A DNA stretch of 28,711 bases, taken from IMG/VR virus record IMGVR_UViG_3300020043_005973, positions 1 to 28,711 of that record; one strand, 5' to 3'. The DNA comes from a virus. Taxonomy: Duplodnaviria > Caudoviricetes. The notes under the pieces were generated by a model that was not told the DNA's origin, ran no database searches, and saw only the letters and a program-made list of their open reading frames with translations. The position numbers and the translations under genes were made by a program. This document shows, piece after piece, positions 1 to 7,876 of this stretch. Every line of letters starts with the position of its first letter. Within the stretch, counting starts at the first letter, position 1.

Positions 1-75
1 TCCTCCTCCAATAATTAAAGATGATTGATTTGTAAAATCAACCTGTATAGTTAAACCTGATGTTATTAAACTCAT
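1..75 (-). CDS. 5' fragment of a probable virion protein (LamG/concanavalin-like start), runs off the window
   Basis: ATG at 75 overlaps the TGA (74..72) of the upstream -1 frame (ATGA). Translation MSLITSGLTIQVDFTNQSSLIIGGG resembles the 'ITxGLxxxxD' starts of phage LamG-like domains. Not in the ORF track. Confidence 0.5.
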   Translation of the reverse strand, partial: MSLITSGLTIQVDFTNQSSLIIGGG

Positions 76-335
76 TTGTTCGCTTCTTTCATTTGTTTTT
101 CTTTTTCCTTATTGAGATCCATAAGGAAAGAAAGATGATTAAGGGCAGCCATAAGGGGGATGTTAGTAACATGATCAACTTGCCAAACTTTGTTTTCTGC
201 AAGGAAACTAATCGCTGCATACCAATTCCAAAACCCGACAAAACTATTCTCAACCTCATCATCTGCCACATTACCGGACTCTTCGAATAAAGATCCGAAA
301 GAGTTTGTAACGCCCTTCCTGAATTCAACAAAAAA
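72..335 (-). CDS. -1 frameshift extension of the chaperone (gpGT-like; fused product ~248 aa)
   Basis: The -1 frame is open from the slippery run (339..330) to TGA at 74..72, reading FFVEFRKGVTNSFGSLFEESGNVADDEVENSFVGFWNWYAAISFLAENK...; its stop overlaps the next ATG. Confidence 0.65.
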   Translation of the reverse strand, partial: FFVEFRKGVTNSFGSLFEESGNVADDEVENSFVGFWNWYAAISFLAENKVWQVDHVTNIPLMAALNHLSFLMDLNKEKEKQMKEANK

Positions 336-817
336 AAAACTGCTGATTCTAAATATTTAATTTTGAGATCAGAGAATTCTTCTATTCTTTTTTTGAAATC
401 TGATTCAGAATATTTTGTTCCTTCCTCTATGTATAAATAGGCTGCAAGTTCATTTAAGTTTGCTATTCTGTACCCCTCATCTTTGTTAAGGAATGTGTCG
501 ATGTCCACGAACTGACCAAATGAAATTTTGTTTACATCAACTAATGTATATTTTATTCCTTTGTGTTCAATGTTTTTGTATAGTTCCTTCTGTTCTTGGT
601 TGATGAATTTATACAACTCACTACCAACTCTTCTTATTGTTGCTGCATCTGATTCAAGTATGATGGATTCTTTTAATCCTGTAACCTTTGAGATCATTCT
701 TACAAACATTTCTTGTTCGTCAAGGATGTCTTTTAGTTTCATTATTTCAACCCACATTGAGATCGTAGGTTCTTTAACCTCATACTTCTTTCCATTGTAA
801 TCAATATACTGATTCAT
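89..817 (-). CDS. Tail assembly chaperone-like protein, zero-frame product (242 aa)
   Basis: Motifs Y-E-V-K-E-P-T-I-S-M-W and ISFGQFVDID; 'SAVFFL' is encoded over a U10 run, as in gpG-type chaperones. Confidence 0.6.
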   Translation of the reverse strand: MNQYIDYNGKKYEVKEPTISMWVEIMKLKDILDEQEMFVRMISKVTGLKESIILESDAATIRRVGSELYKFINQEQKELYKNIEHKGIKYTLVDVNKISFGQFVDIDTFLNKDEGYRIANLNELAAYLYIEEGTKYSESDFKKRIEEFSDLKIKYLESAVFFLLNSGRALQTLSDLYSKSPVMWQMMRLRIVLSGFGIGMQRLVSLQKTKFGKLIMLLTSPLWLPLIIFLSLWISIRKKKNK

Positions 818-834
818 ATTCTTAAATATTATTT

Positions 835-1974
835 TTAGTAGACATAAACTTGTGTGTTTCTTGCCATCTTCATTTCCAACACATACCTTATACCATCAAT
901 GATGTGGTTGTTGTTGTCGATCGGCTCATCAAGGTTATTGTTATTCTTGTCAACCTTCCAAACATACTGTTGTAGTTCTGATTGTAAATTCTTTGATTCT
1001 TGGTGGACATAAAAGTTAGATCTCTTAATTAGATCTATTCCATGTAATATACTTTGTTTCTTTACTGGTTTTGCATTGATCCCATTTCTCTTTAACTCTT
1101 CTATTGCTGCTGGATTTGCAGAATCACAAATGTAGTCATCATATAAGTTGAGACCCAAGTCTTTGATCTTATAAACGAAGTCAGGGATCGTTACATTTTT
1201 GAGGTATAATAATTCCTCACAGAATATGTCATCATTTAATTTGTGGACCTTAACCAGTGTTGATGGATCTGAATAACCCCAGTCAATTCCATACCCTAAT
1301 AACTTTGCACCATCAGGTAGTTTGTCATATGTCTTTTGATGTGAGAATACAACTCTTGTGGGGGTTCCTCTTTGACCAAGACCAAACACTCTCCATAAGT
1401 TTGGGTCTCTGTCTTTTAGTTTCTCGATCTCATCGATCTGTTGTTGTGGTAGGAATGGATTGTTCTTGTATGTTACAACTGAATAGAAGGTGTCTGGTTG
1501 ACCTTCCATGTCGTAGAGGTAAGAGTTCCATAAAGATGGATTGAAGTCAAGGATCATTCTCTCTGATGTTCTTAATGACAATTGAACGAACTCATCATAA
1601 GTTATTTCTGTTGCTTCATTTACAAAACATACATCTCTCTTCCTTCCCCTGATTTTTTCCTCGCTGTCCAACGAGAACCATTCAATGATGTTGGTCCCTA
1701 TTTGGTAATAACCATCGACAGAATGCCAGTCTTCTTCTTTGTAAATTTCAAGTAATAACAGGATCTCTTTTAGATCTCTCAATACAGATCCTTTGAGTGC
1801 TGGTAATGTCTTTCTTACAATGGAATAAGTTTTGTTGTCCTCATTGAGAATATTAATTACGAGCCACAGAATGATGTTCCATGTTTTTCCCGCACGACTC
1901 GATCCCTGAAAAATGTAGTTTCTATAATTGGGATTCAATAGATCCTCAAATACTTTTGTTGTCTGAATCTTCAA
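835..1974 (-). CDS. terL: Terminase large subunit (PBSX/Terminase_3 type)
   Basis: Walker A QGSSRAGKT, Walker B VNEATE, LDFNPS, TYKNNPFL; RNase H-like nuclease GIDWGYSDPS and NHIIDGIRY; TTG start. Confidence 0.95.
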   Translation of the reverse strand: MKIQTTKVFEDLLNPNYRNYIFQGSSRAGKTWNIILWLVINILNEDNKTYSIVRKTLPALKGSVLRDLKEILLLLEIYKEEDWHSVDGYYQIGTNIIEWFSLDSEEKIRGRKRDVCFVNEATEITYDEFVQLSLRTSERMILDFNPSLWNSYLYDMEGQPDTFYSVVTYKNNPFLPQQQIDEIEKLKDRDPNLWRVFGLGQRGTPTRVVFSHQKTYDKLPDGAKLLGYGIDWGYSDPSTLVKVHKLNDDIFCEELLYLKNVTIPDFVYKIKDLGLNLYDDYICDSANPAAIEELKRNGINAKPVKKQSILHGIDLIKRSNFYVHQESKNLQSELQQYVWKVDKNNNNLDEPIDNNNHIIDGIRYVLEMKMARNTQVYVY

Positions 1975-1976
1975 GT

Positions 1977-2783
1977 TTACTTATTCATTATTTTTTTTGC
2001 CACATCGTAATATGGTTTATGAATTTCTGATCCGATCCAATTTCTATTTAATTCTTGTGCAACTCTTGTTGTTGTTGCTGATCCTAAAAATGGATCATAG
2101 ACAATGTCCCCTTCGTTTGTCCAACTTATAATATGTCTTCTGGCAATTTCATCAGTCATGATTGCTGGATGTTCTCTTATGTCCAATGTTTTCTTATATG
2201 ATTTATTAGCACCATTTGCAATGTGCCACACATTGTCATCCAATCCATATTCTTTGATCGGTACTCCATTAAAACCATCCACAAATTCACCATTATGATT
2301 TCTAAATCTTCTTGAATTTCTAACTGCTCCTGCTGTTTTATTCTTTTTTAATATTGGATTGAATGTTGTTGGTTTTCCTTTTGAGAATATAAACATATTT
2401 TCCCAAACATTTCTATACCTGTATACAGATGGGAATGGTGTACCTGTCTTATACCATATTAAATGATCATGTAGTAATAACCCCAAGTCCATAAAATATA
2501 ATGCTTGTCTCATAGAATTACCAGTCCTTGATCCTTTGATTGTTTGATCTGCAACATTCCACATAATAACTCCACCAGGTTTTAATACTCTTTGTAGTTC
2601 TTGTGCAATCTCTTCGAATTCAAATGAGAATCCTGTGTCGTTTAATCTTTGATGGTATGTTTTATTACCTCCATACTTTCTCATCGCATCATAAGGTGGG
2701 GATGTTAATACCAAATCCAAATAATCATTTGGCATTCTTCTCATTGTTTCCAAACAATCTTCATTGAATATGTTATTGATCAT
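1977..2783 (-). CDS. DNA N6-adenine/N4-cytosine methyltransferase, beta class
   Basis: DLVLTSPPY catalytic motif precedes HPA and the DPFLGSATT SAM-binding motif; also RVLKPGG and WIGSEI. Confidence 0.93.
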   Translation of the reverse strand: MINNIFNEDCLETMRRMPNDYLDLVLTSPPYDAMRKYGGNKTYHQRLNDTGFSFEFEEIAQELQRVLKPGGVIMWNVADQTIKGSRTGNSMRQALYFMDLGLLLHDHLIWYKTGTPFPSVYRYRNVWENMFIFSKGKPTTFNPILKKNKTAGAVRNSRRFRNHNGEFVDGFNGVPIKEYGLDDNVWHIANGANKSYKKTLDIREHPAIMTDEIARRHIISWTNEGDIVYDPFLGSATTTRVAQELNRNWIGSEIHKPYYDVAKKIMNK

Positions 2784-2907
2784 TCTTTTTTTCTTGTGCT
2801 TCTTTTAGGAGTCTGTTAAACTCTGCTGTTATTTTCTTTGCCTGACCTTTCAGTCTTTCATTTCTGGCTTTGACTTTCTTCCTGTGTTCTTTTTCTTTCT
2901 TTCCCAT
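2773..2907 (-). CDS. Small basic protein, 44 aa (MGKKEKEHRRKVKARNERLKGQAKKITAEFNRLLKEAQEKKNDQ)
   Basis: Translated by hand; fills the gap between 2858 and 2783 and overlaps both neighbours; below the ORF-track cutoff. Confidence 0.55.
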   Translation of the reverse strand: MGKKEKEHRKKVKARNERLKGQAKKITAEFNRLLKEAQEKKNDQ

Positions 2908-3358
2908 ATAGTGGTTTTTTTGATCTTACATACTTCATGAATTCCAAATTCTTCTCTTGTCTGATCGCATGATTGAATATGTCTGTGGCTATTCTGTTCA
3001 TCTCTTTTGCTGCATCAACTCTGTTTAGTTCCTTAATACCAAAGAATGTGATTTCAAGGGTAAAGAAACACTCACCAGTCCACGCAAATGAATCTTTGAT
3101 CATTGGATCTATTAAAAACTTTGAATGGAAATTTGACCCCTTTAAAGAAGAATTAATAACTTGTTTAACTCTATGAACAAAGTTCCTTGATGCAATCTTA
3201 TTGTTGTCAATTTGTGAGTTCATAAATCCTTTGATTTGCAAGTAACAACTCTTCATGTCTTTTCTGTTTGCTGCTCCTGCTGAACATTGTAGTTCATCAA
3301 ATGTTCTCATCTTAAATGTTATTGGATTCCCCTTTATAATATTACTTCTCGTCATCAA
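2858..3358 (-). CDS. Hypothetical protein (166 aa)
   Basis: ORF packed between terS and the methyltransferase; no motif recognised. Confidence 0.7.
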   Translation of the reverse strand: MMTRSNIIKGNPITFKMRTFDELQCSAGAANRKDMKSCYLQIKGFMNSQIDNNKIASRNFVHRVKQVINSSLKGSNFHSKFLIDPMIKDSFAWTGECFFTLEITFFGIKELNRVDAAKEMNRIATDIFNHAIRQEKNLEFMKYVRSKKPLYGKERKRTQEESQSQK

Positions 3359-3770
3359 GTTTGTTTTTAATTATTTCTATTTCAATTTTCTTTGGTGAGT
3401 CAATCTTTTCTCCACCTGATGTTATGTCAACTTTCTTTTCAACATTCCACTGATCCTTAAATTTGTTTCTCATTATTAGGGACCACAGGTTTGAGTTTAG
3501 ATCTTTTGACTTACCATCTTTGAATCCTTTTCTTGGAATGGATGCCCACCATGTGTGACTTAATTGTCTCATCTCATTGATGGTCTTTGAAAAATACTCA
3601 TTTTCTTCGACCCATTGGTAGAATAACTGTGATCCTATTCCCAAGTAAACGATCGCATCGATGTCAAACATTCCTTCTGATCCCATTTCAATCAGTTTTG
3701 TTTCCCATCCTTCTGGTAGATCATTCAGGGTTTTCTTCGGTCTCCCTATTGGATTTTTCCCAATCTTCAT
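3342..3770 (-). CDS. terS: Terminase small subunit
   Basis: N-terminal GRPKK, HTH-like YLGIGSQLFYQW, MRNKFKDQW and C-terminal KVDITSGGEKI; lies upstream of terL. Confidence 0.8.
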   Translation of the reverse strand: MKIGKNPIGRPKKTLNDLPEGWETKLIEMGSEGMFDIDAIVYLGIGSQLFYQWVEENEYFSKTINEMRQLSHTWWASIPRKGFKDGKSKDLNSNLWSLIMRNKFKDQWNVEKKVDITSGGEKIDSPKKIEIEIIKNKLDDEK

Positions 3771-4059
3771 ATGTCTTTAATTTTCTGTCTAAATGCTCAA
3801 TTCTATTTTTTAATCTGATCCAACATTCAGCACAATTGATTGAAAGTTGTTCAGGGAATTGAGAGTTATGGAAATTTACAACCCACTTTTTTTCTGTGAG
3901 TGTTTGATTCCTTGAAATGAAATAATCCATACATCGGTTTATTTCTTCTCTTGTGTAGTTCGGCTTTGTTGGATTAGTTAATGTAACAGATCCGTCATCG
4001 TTCTGAATTACTTGTGGTCTTGGTTCCACCTTTTGTTTTTGTTTACAGCCACATCCCAT
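3721..4059 (-). CDS. Hypothetical Cys-containing protein (MGCGCK... CAEC), possibly metal-binding
   Basis: N-terminal GCGC and C-terminal CxxC motifs; directly upstream of terS. Confidence 0.65.
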   Translation of the reverse strand: MGCGCKQKQKVEPRPQVIQNDDGSVTLTNPTKPNYTREEINRCMDYFISRNQTLTEKKWVVNFHNSQFPEQLSINCAECWIRLKNRIEHLDRKLKTYEDWEKSNRETEENPE

Positions 4060-4061
4060 TG

Positions 4062-4562
4062 TTAATTTTTTTTATAATGTTCATTTCTAATTCTTCTTAA
4101 TTCTCTCCTGTACTTGTTGATGTCCCTACTTACTGAATTAAGTGGTATTGTTGTTCTCTTTGAGAGTTTTGTTATTGATGCTCCCTCCTCTAAATATAGT
4201 TCGAATAGTCTGGCGTAATACCACCATTCTCCTTTCTTATGAAAGGTAATCATTTTATTCACCCAATCAAGATTGATTTCAGATTCTTCATATTCCTGTT
4301 CTTTGATGTTTGTATTGTTGAACTCTGTGAACTTAAACTTATTGTATTCGACATAATACTTTGATGTTTTTGAGTGTGCATTGTTTCTCACTATACGAGC
4401 GAAAAAAAACAACCTCTCTTTGTCACCGATCATGGGAGCGTTACGGTTTAGGAGAAGTTGCTCTATGCAAGAATGCAATAAATCATCAACATCTTGTTGC
4501 TTTGTTATTTTTTGACAAATCAGTTTTAGTTCGGAATAGTTTTCCGTAATCCATTGATTCAA
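4062..4562 (-). CDS. Sigma-70 family (ECF-like) phage transcription factor
   Basis: Region-2-like DVDDLLHSCIEQLL and region-4 HTH LFELYLEEGASITKLSKRTTIPLNSVSRDI; 166 aa. Confidence 0.7.
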   Translation of the reverse strand: MNQWITENYSELKLICQKITKQQDVDDLLHSCIEQLLLNRNAPMIGDKERLFFFARIVRNNAHSKTSKYYVEYNKFKFTEFNNTNIKEQEYEESEINLDWVNKMITFHKKGEWWYYARLFELYLEEGASITKLSKRTTIPLNSVSRDINKYRRELRRIRNEHYKKN

Positions 4563-4564
4563 TT

Positions 4565-4813
4565 TTATTCGGGTTTAATACCTTTATACAAAACTCTGTT
4601 GAAGAATTGTTTGTCAGCGTTCCAATAGTTTAATACTCTTTGGAATATACCTTTCTTTACTAACTTGGCTACATGATCCCTTATACTAAAAGGACTTATG
4701 TTTGTTTGTTTTGAAATCTCATTGTTTGTCATCAGTGAATAATTCCTGTCATGATTTTTCATGTCAGCGATTATTAGATCATAGATTTCTTGTTGTACTG
4801 GATTTAATTTCAT
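4565..4813 (-). CDS. Winged helix-turn-helix DNA-binding protein
   Basis: MTNNEISKQTNISPFSIRDHVAKLVKKGIFQR fits the wHTH pattern. Confidence 0.75.
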   Translation of the reverse strand: MKLNPVQQEIYDLIIADMKNHDRNYSLMTNNEISKQTNISPFSIRDHVAKLVKKGIFQRVLNYWNADKQFFNRVLYKGIKPE

Positions 4814-4831
4814 TGTAATTCTTTTTTATTA

Positions 4832-4860
4832 AATATAAGTGTAGGATGGTATAGTGTAAA
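4832..4860 (-). promoter_or_regulatory. -35/-10 type promoter TTTACA-N17-TATATT
   Basis: Hexamers at 4860..4855 and 4837..4832 with a 17-nt spacer, just after a terminator and before the wHTH gene. Confidence 0.5.
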
Positions 4861-4870
4861 TATATTCAAT

Positions 4871-4897
4871 AAAAAAACCTCACCATTTCTGGTGAGG
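4871..4897 (-). terminator. Rho-independent terminator
   Basis: CCTCACCA-gaaa-TGGTGAGG followed by U7 on the minus strand. Confidence 0.85.
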
Positions 4898-4919
4898 CTC
4901 ATATTAAAACAACAAGTAG

Positions 4920-5171
4920 TTATTTTTCAGTAAAACAATCGTGTGTAGTAAAATCTCTTGACAATGCAACTCCTACGATTGAGAAGTAAGTTTTTTCATC
5001 ACCAACCCAATCAACGAATGCCACTTCCTTTTCATCGAAGTTGATTACGAGTTGTGATCCGTCATTTAATACCCAATCAACAAGATTACCTTGTGTGGTT
5101 GCAATTGATTCATTCAAGAATACAGAGACCATTGAGATCATCCATACATCCAATTTGTTATTCTTTTTCAT
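4920..5171 (-). CDS. Hypothetical early protein (83 aa)
   Basis: Own TACCTTTG promoter and AACAACT-ATG leader; followed by a terminator. Confidence 0.7.
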   Translation of the reverse strand: MKKNNKLDVWMISMVSVFLNESIATTQGNLVDWVLNDGSQLVINFDEKEVAFVDWVGDEKTYFSIVGVALSRDFTTHDCFTEK

Positions 5172-5183
5172 AGTTGTTATTTT

Positions 5184-5459
5184 TTACAAAGGTAATGAAT
5201 TTTCTGATTCCAACATCAAATCTTGAATTTTTATTTTTACAATAGATTCGATGATTGATGTGTAAAGACTGGCTTCACTTGAATTTAAACCATGAAGCAT
5301 TGTATTTGAACCATAGAAATCATTACATGAATCGTACTGATCAAATATTTTTTCTACAATTTCATCCATACAATCTTCTGTAAGGAAATCACCATAATCA
5401 TGGCATAATGATTCTGTAATTGAAACGATGTCTTCGAGTGTTAGTTGTTTGATGTTCAT
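5184..5459 (-). CDS. Hypothetical acidic early protein (91 aa)
   Basis: Preceded by a TAATTTTG promoter and a leader shared with the gene starting at 8463. Confidence 0.7.
   Translation of the reverse strand: MNIKQLTLEDIVSITESLCHDYGDFLTEDCMDEIVEKIFDQYDSCNDFYGSNTMLHGLNSSEASLYTSIIESIVKIKIQDLMLESENSLPL
5187..5194 (-). promoter_or_regulatory. Bacteroidota housekeeping promoter -7 element TACCTTTG
   Basis: Matches TAnnTTTG with TTG upstream; about 15 nt before the ATG at 5171. Confidence 0.7.
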
Positions 5460-5479
5460 ATTGTTTGTTGTTTAGAGAA

Positions 5480-5512
5480 CAAAATTACGAAACCTTTTTC
5501 TTTCCACCAAAT
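5480..5512 (-). promoter_or_regulatory. Bacteroidota promoter TTTG-(~20 nt)-TAATTTTG
   Basis: -7 element at 5487..5480 with TTTG about 20 nt upstream. Confidence 0.7.
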
Positions 5513-5778
5513 CTTTTTTTTAATTCTTTTATTGTTCTTTTCATAATGTCACATCTCTCGAACTCATCATCCATTTCTGCCTGTTTAATACTGTCTTTAA
5601 GGATCGATGAATACATATGGATCATACGGGGTTCAATATTCAAATTAACCTCGTAATACCCCAATACAATCTCAACAATCTCATTCTTGTCATCTTCACT
5701 CAAAGAAAAATAATCACTAACCTGCATGTCATATTTCTCTTCCAATAATTCCCTGAATCTGTCTGGTGTTTTTTTCAT
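5485..5778 (-). CDS. Hypothetical protein with a C-terminal UVR (UvrB/UvrC)-like motif
   Basis: KQAEMDDEFERCDIMKR resembles the UVR motif. Likely start is ATG 5778 (MKKTPDR), coupled to the stop at 5780, rather than 5808. Confidence 0.55.
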   Translation of the reverse strand: MKKTPDRFRELLEEKYDMQVSDYFSLSEDDKNEIVEIVLGYYEVNLNIEPRMIHMYSSILKDSIKQAEMDDEFERCDIMKRTIKELKKRFGGKKKVS

Positions 5779-5779
5779 A

Positions 5780-5989
5780 TTACATTTTTTCTCTTTCCAA
5801 TTCTTCATCTGTTAAAATTGATTTAGCGTCATTGTTGGATGTTAGGGACGCCATAGTATTCTTCAAGTGGATTAAATATAAGTCGTGAATCCTCGCTCGT
5901 TGAAGTGAGTTCATTGTGCTTTCTGTTCCCTTGTTCCAATCTGTATTGAATATTAAATTCATCTCTGAATCTGTAATCTGGTTCTTCAT
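5780..5989 (-). CDS. Possible hypothetical protein overlapping the 3' end of the nuclease gene
   Basis: ATG start; TAA-T-ATG coupling to the next gene; 161-nt overlap with 5829..6476. Confidence 0.35.
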   Translation of the reverse strand: MKNQITDSEMNLIFNTDWNKGTESTMNSLQRARIHDLYLIHLKNTMASLTSNNDAKSILTDEELEREKM

Positions 5990-6476
5990 CTTTGAATATT
6001 TTAAATTTGTGTTTGAATTTGTCTCTTGGAATCAAATAACCTTTTGACAATTTGTCATCTCCTCCTTCTTTCTCTTCGAATCTTTTTTGACTGTGTGAAT
6101 TCTCTTCGATTATTTCTCTTAATTCTTTCGTTGGAATAATCCAAATCTCATCCATCAATGTTAAAATAATAACCCAATAGTCAGCAAGTGTTGTTCTTAT
6201 ACCAGAATTCTTTCCCTTACTTTCGAATTCAATAAACAATGTATTGTATGGATCAGGTGGTACTGTAATATTTCTATAATGTCTTTCATCATGAGAAAAG
6301 AAATCACCTTTTATTTCAAATGTAATCCATTCTTCATTTTTAATTATTGAAAGATCAAACCATCCATCTTGCCTAAATGTAACCTCTTTTATATTTTTAC
6401 TATTTCTTAATAACCAATTAGCAAATCTTAATTCTTGCTTATTGCCTTTCTTTAAATCTTTAATGAATTTATTCAT
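5829..6476 (-). CDS. PD-(D/E)XK family nuclease-like protein
   Basis: GNKQE, WFDL, FEIKGD, LFIEFES, SGIRTTLADYW and SKGYLIP match a phage restriction-endonuclease-fold family. Confidence 0.75.
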   Translation of the reverse strand: MNKFIKDLKKGNKQELRFANWLLRNSKNIKEVTFRQDGWFDLSIIKNEEWITFEIKGDFFSHDERHYRNITVPPDPYNTLFIEFESKGKNSGIRTTLADYWVIILTLMDEIWIIPTKELREIIEENSHSQKRFEEKEGGDDKLSKGYLIPRDKFKHKFKIFKDEEPDYRFRDEFNIQYRLEQGNRKHNELTSTSEDSRLIFNPLEEYYGVPNIQQ

Positions 6477-6479
6477 ATT

Positions 6480-6750
6480 ATTTCTTATTTATACTGGTTC
6501 TTTATACTAAATCAAGGTCAGAGAGTTTACCCCCCCTTTCCCCCCCATTAATGAAAATGAGAAGTGAAAGGAGGATCAAGGACACACTGTTGTTTGGTTT
6601 ACCCCCCAATCATCCAACAGAGCAGGGATTTAAAATAAATCTCTAAACTTGTATAATAATAAATACTTCCTAAACATAAAAAAGTTAAAAGACTTTTCCA
6701 AATTTTTTAACTATTTATTTTAAGACGATTTAAGACAATATTTTTTTAAT
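6480..6750. other. Divergent intergenic region with a C7-TTT-C7 tract, GTTTACCCCCC direct repeats and hairpins
   Basis: GTTTACCCCCC at 6525..6535 and 6597..6607; C7TTTC7 at 6530..6546; CTGTTG...CAACAG stem around 6578..6610. Confidence 0.6.
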
Positions 6751-6751
6751 T

Positions 6752-7186
6752 ATGAGTAGACCTTTCATAGAAAGAAAAAGTCCCACTGGTGAAGACGGCA
6801 TGAGGGAATGCAGGGGATGTAACAAGAGGAAGACACTAAACTTTTTTTATAAGTCAGGAAATTATGTGGATGGGTATTCTTACTTGTGCAGAAGATGTTT
6901 CACTGACAGGAAAAATGGTGTTAAGGAATTTAAATTACCAAAGAAGGAAAACATCAAATCAACCAAAGATGACATGGCTAAAATGACCGTATGTTCCAAA
7001 CAGGACTACATGGACATGTATACATTCTTTGAGAAGATTGGTTATGACATTACAAAAAACATCTCACAACAATTCTGTGAGAAACATGATCTCAAATACA
7101 GAGACAGAAGACAACAAGACATTTCATTATACACACATGATGGCAAAAAAAATCCCCTCCATAGAAGTATGAAGGGGAAACTATAA
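6752..7186 (+). CDS. Zinc-ribbon protein (CxxC...CxxC), the only credible plus-strand gene
   Basis: CRGCNKRKTLNFFYK...DGYSYLCRRC resembles the N-terminal Zn ribbons of phage HNH/EndoVII-associated proteins; no HNH motif follows. Confidence 0.7.
   Translation: MSRPFIERKSPTGEDGMRECRGCNKRKTLNFFYKSGNYVDGYSYLCRRCFTDRKNGVKEFKLPKKENIKSTKDDMAKMTVCSKQDYMDMYTFFEKIGYDITKNISQQFCEKHDLKYRDRRQQDISLYTHDGKKNPLHRSMKGKL
7145..7178 (-). terminator. Rho-independent terminator for the lipoprotein operon, overlapping the end of the plus-strand gene
   Basis: TCCCCTTCATA-cttc-TATGGAGGGGA followed by U8 on the minus strand. Confidence 0.8.
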
Positions 7187-7203
7187 ATGGAAAAGAAAGA
7201 GAG

Positions 7204-7554
7204 TTAGTAATTACCACTGACAGTTGCGATCACATAACCACCACTACTGGTTTGAGATGCAACAACCCTATTATTTTTGAAGATCTTAACAGTAACAGTT
7301 CCCTGTGAACTTCTATTCTGTGCAGAAATATACAACCATCTTCCTGATCCACCTGACCAAGTATATTTCCAACCATTACCAACATTTGCATATTGGACAG
7401 TTCCTTTGGGAGCACCTTCCAATGTTACAGAATATTGACCTCCTGTCCCCGTAACTTCATAATAGAATTGTGCGGGACCTAATAGTTCACCCTTTGAACA
7501 AGATGTAAATGTGAGAGTAACCAATGCGATTAACGCGAATAAGACTTTTTTCAT
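7204..7554 (-). CDS. Lipoprotein with an MmpS-like/Ig-like beta domain
   Basis: Signal peptide MKKVLFALIALVTLTFTS-C (lipobox); YEVTG...W...SAQ...GTVTVKI pattern. Confidence 0.75.
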   Translation of the reverse strand: MKKVLFALIALVTLTFTSCSKGELLGPAQFYYEVTGTGGQYSVTLEGAPKGTVQYANVGNGWKYTWSGGSGRWLYISAQNRSSQGTVTVKIFKNNRVVASQTSSGGYVIATVSGNY

Positions 7555-7566
7555 AGTTGTTGTTTT

Positions 7567-7848
7567 TTAATTGTTGAACGAAGGTATGTTATTATTTTCA
7601 ATTGTTGAAATAAATTTTTCAATTTTTTTATTAATACTCTTTTTTGATTCACCATTCATGTGTAAAAAAGTACACAACGCAGAGATCGCATTCTTCCAAC
7701 TTTTGATTGGGATTTCAGTTATTACATCTTCACCTTTGTTTGGAAGCCAATACTGTGCCTTCAAACCCGTGTTGTCAGGGTTATAGAATAATAAATTTAA
7801 TTCCGATCCTTTGATTTGCATTCCGTCTAAAATTTCAAGATTTGTCAT
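7567..7848 (-). CDS. Hypothetical early protein (93 aa)
   Basis: Own TACCTTTG promoter at 7872..7865. Confidence 0.7.
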   Translation of the reverse strand: MTNLEILDGMQIKGSELNLLFYNPDNTGLKAQYWLPNKGEDVITEIPIKSWKNAISALCTFLHMNGESKKSINKKIEKFISTIENNNIPSFNN

Positions 7849-7864
7849 AGTGTTTTAATTTTTA

Positions 7865-7872
7865 CAAAGGTA
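7865..7872 (-). promoter_or_regulatory. Bacteroidota -7 element TACCTTTG
   Basis: Part of the repeated CCTTACCTTTGTAAAAATTAAAA cassette. Confidence 0.65.
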
Positions 7873-7876
7873 AGGA

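Noticed and set aside
835-1974. Intron or intein in terL
   Set aside because: The ORF is continuous, compact and contains the ATPase and nuclease motifs without an insertion.
6752-7186. Free-standing homing endonuclease for the capsid intron
   Set aside because: Only a Zn ribbon is visible, with no HNH, GIY-YIG, LAGLIDADG or EndoVII catalytic motif, and it is far from the intron.
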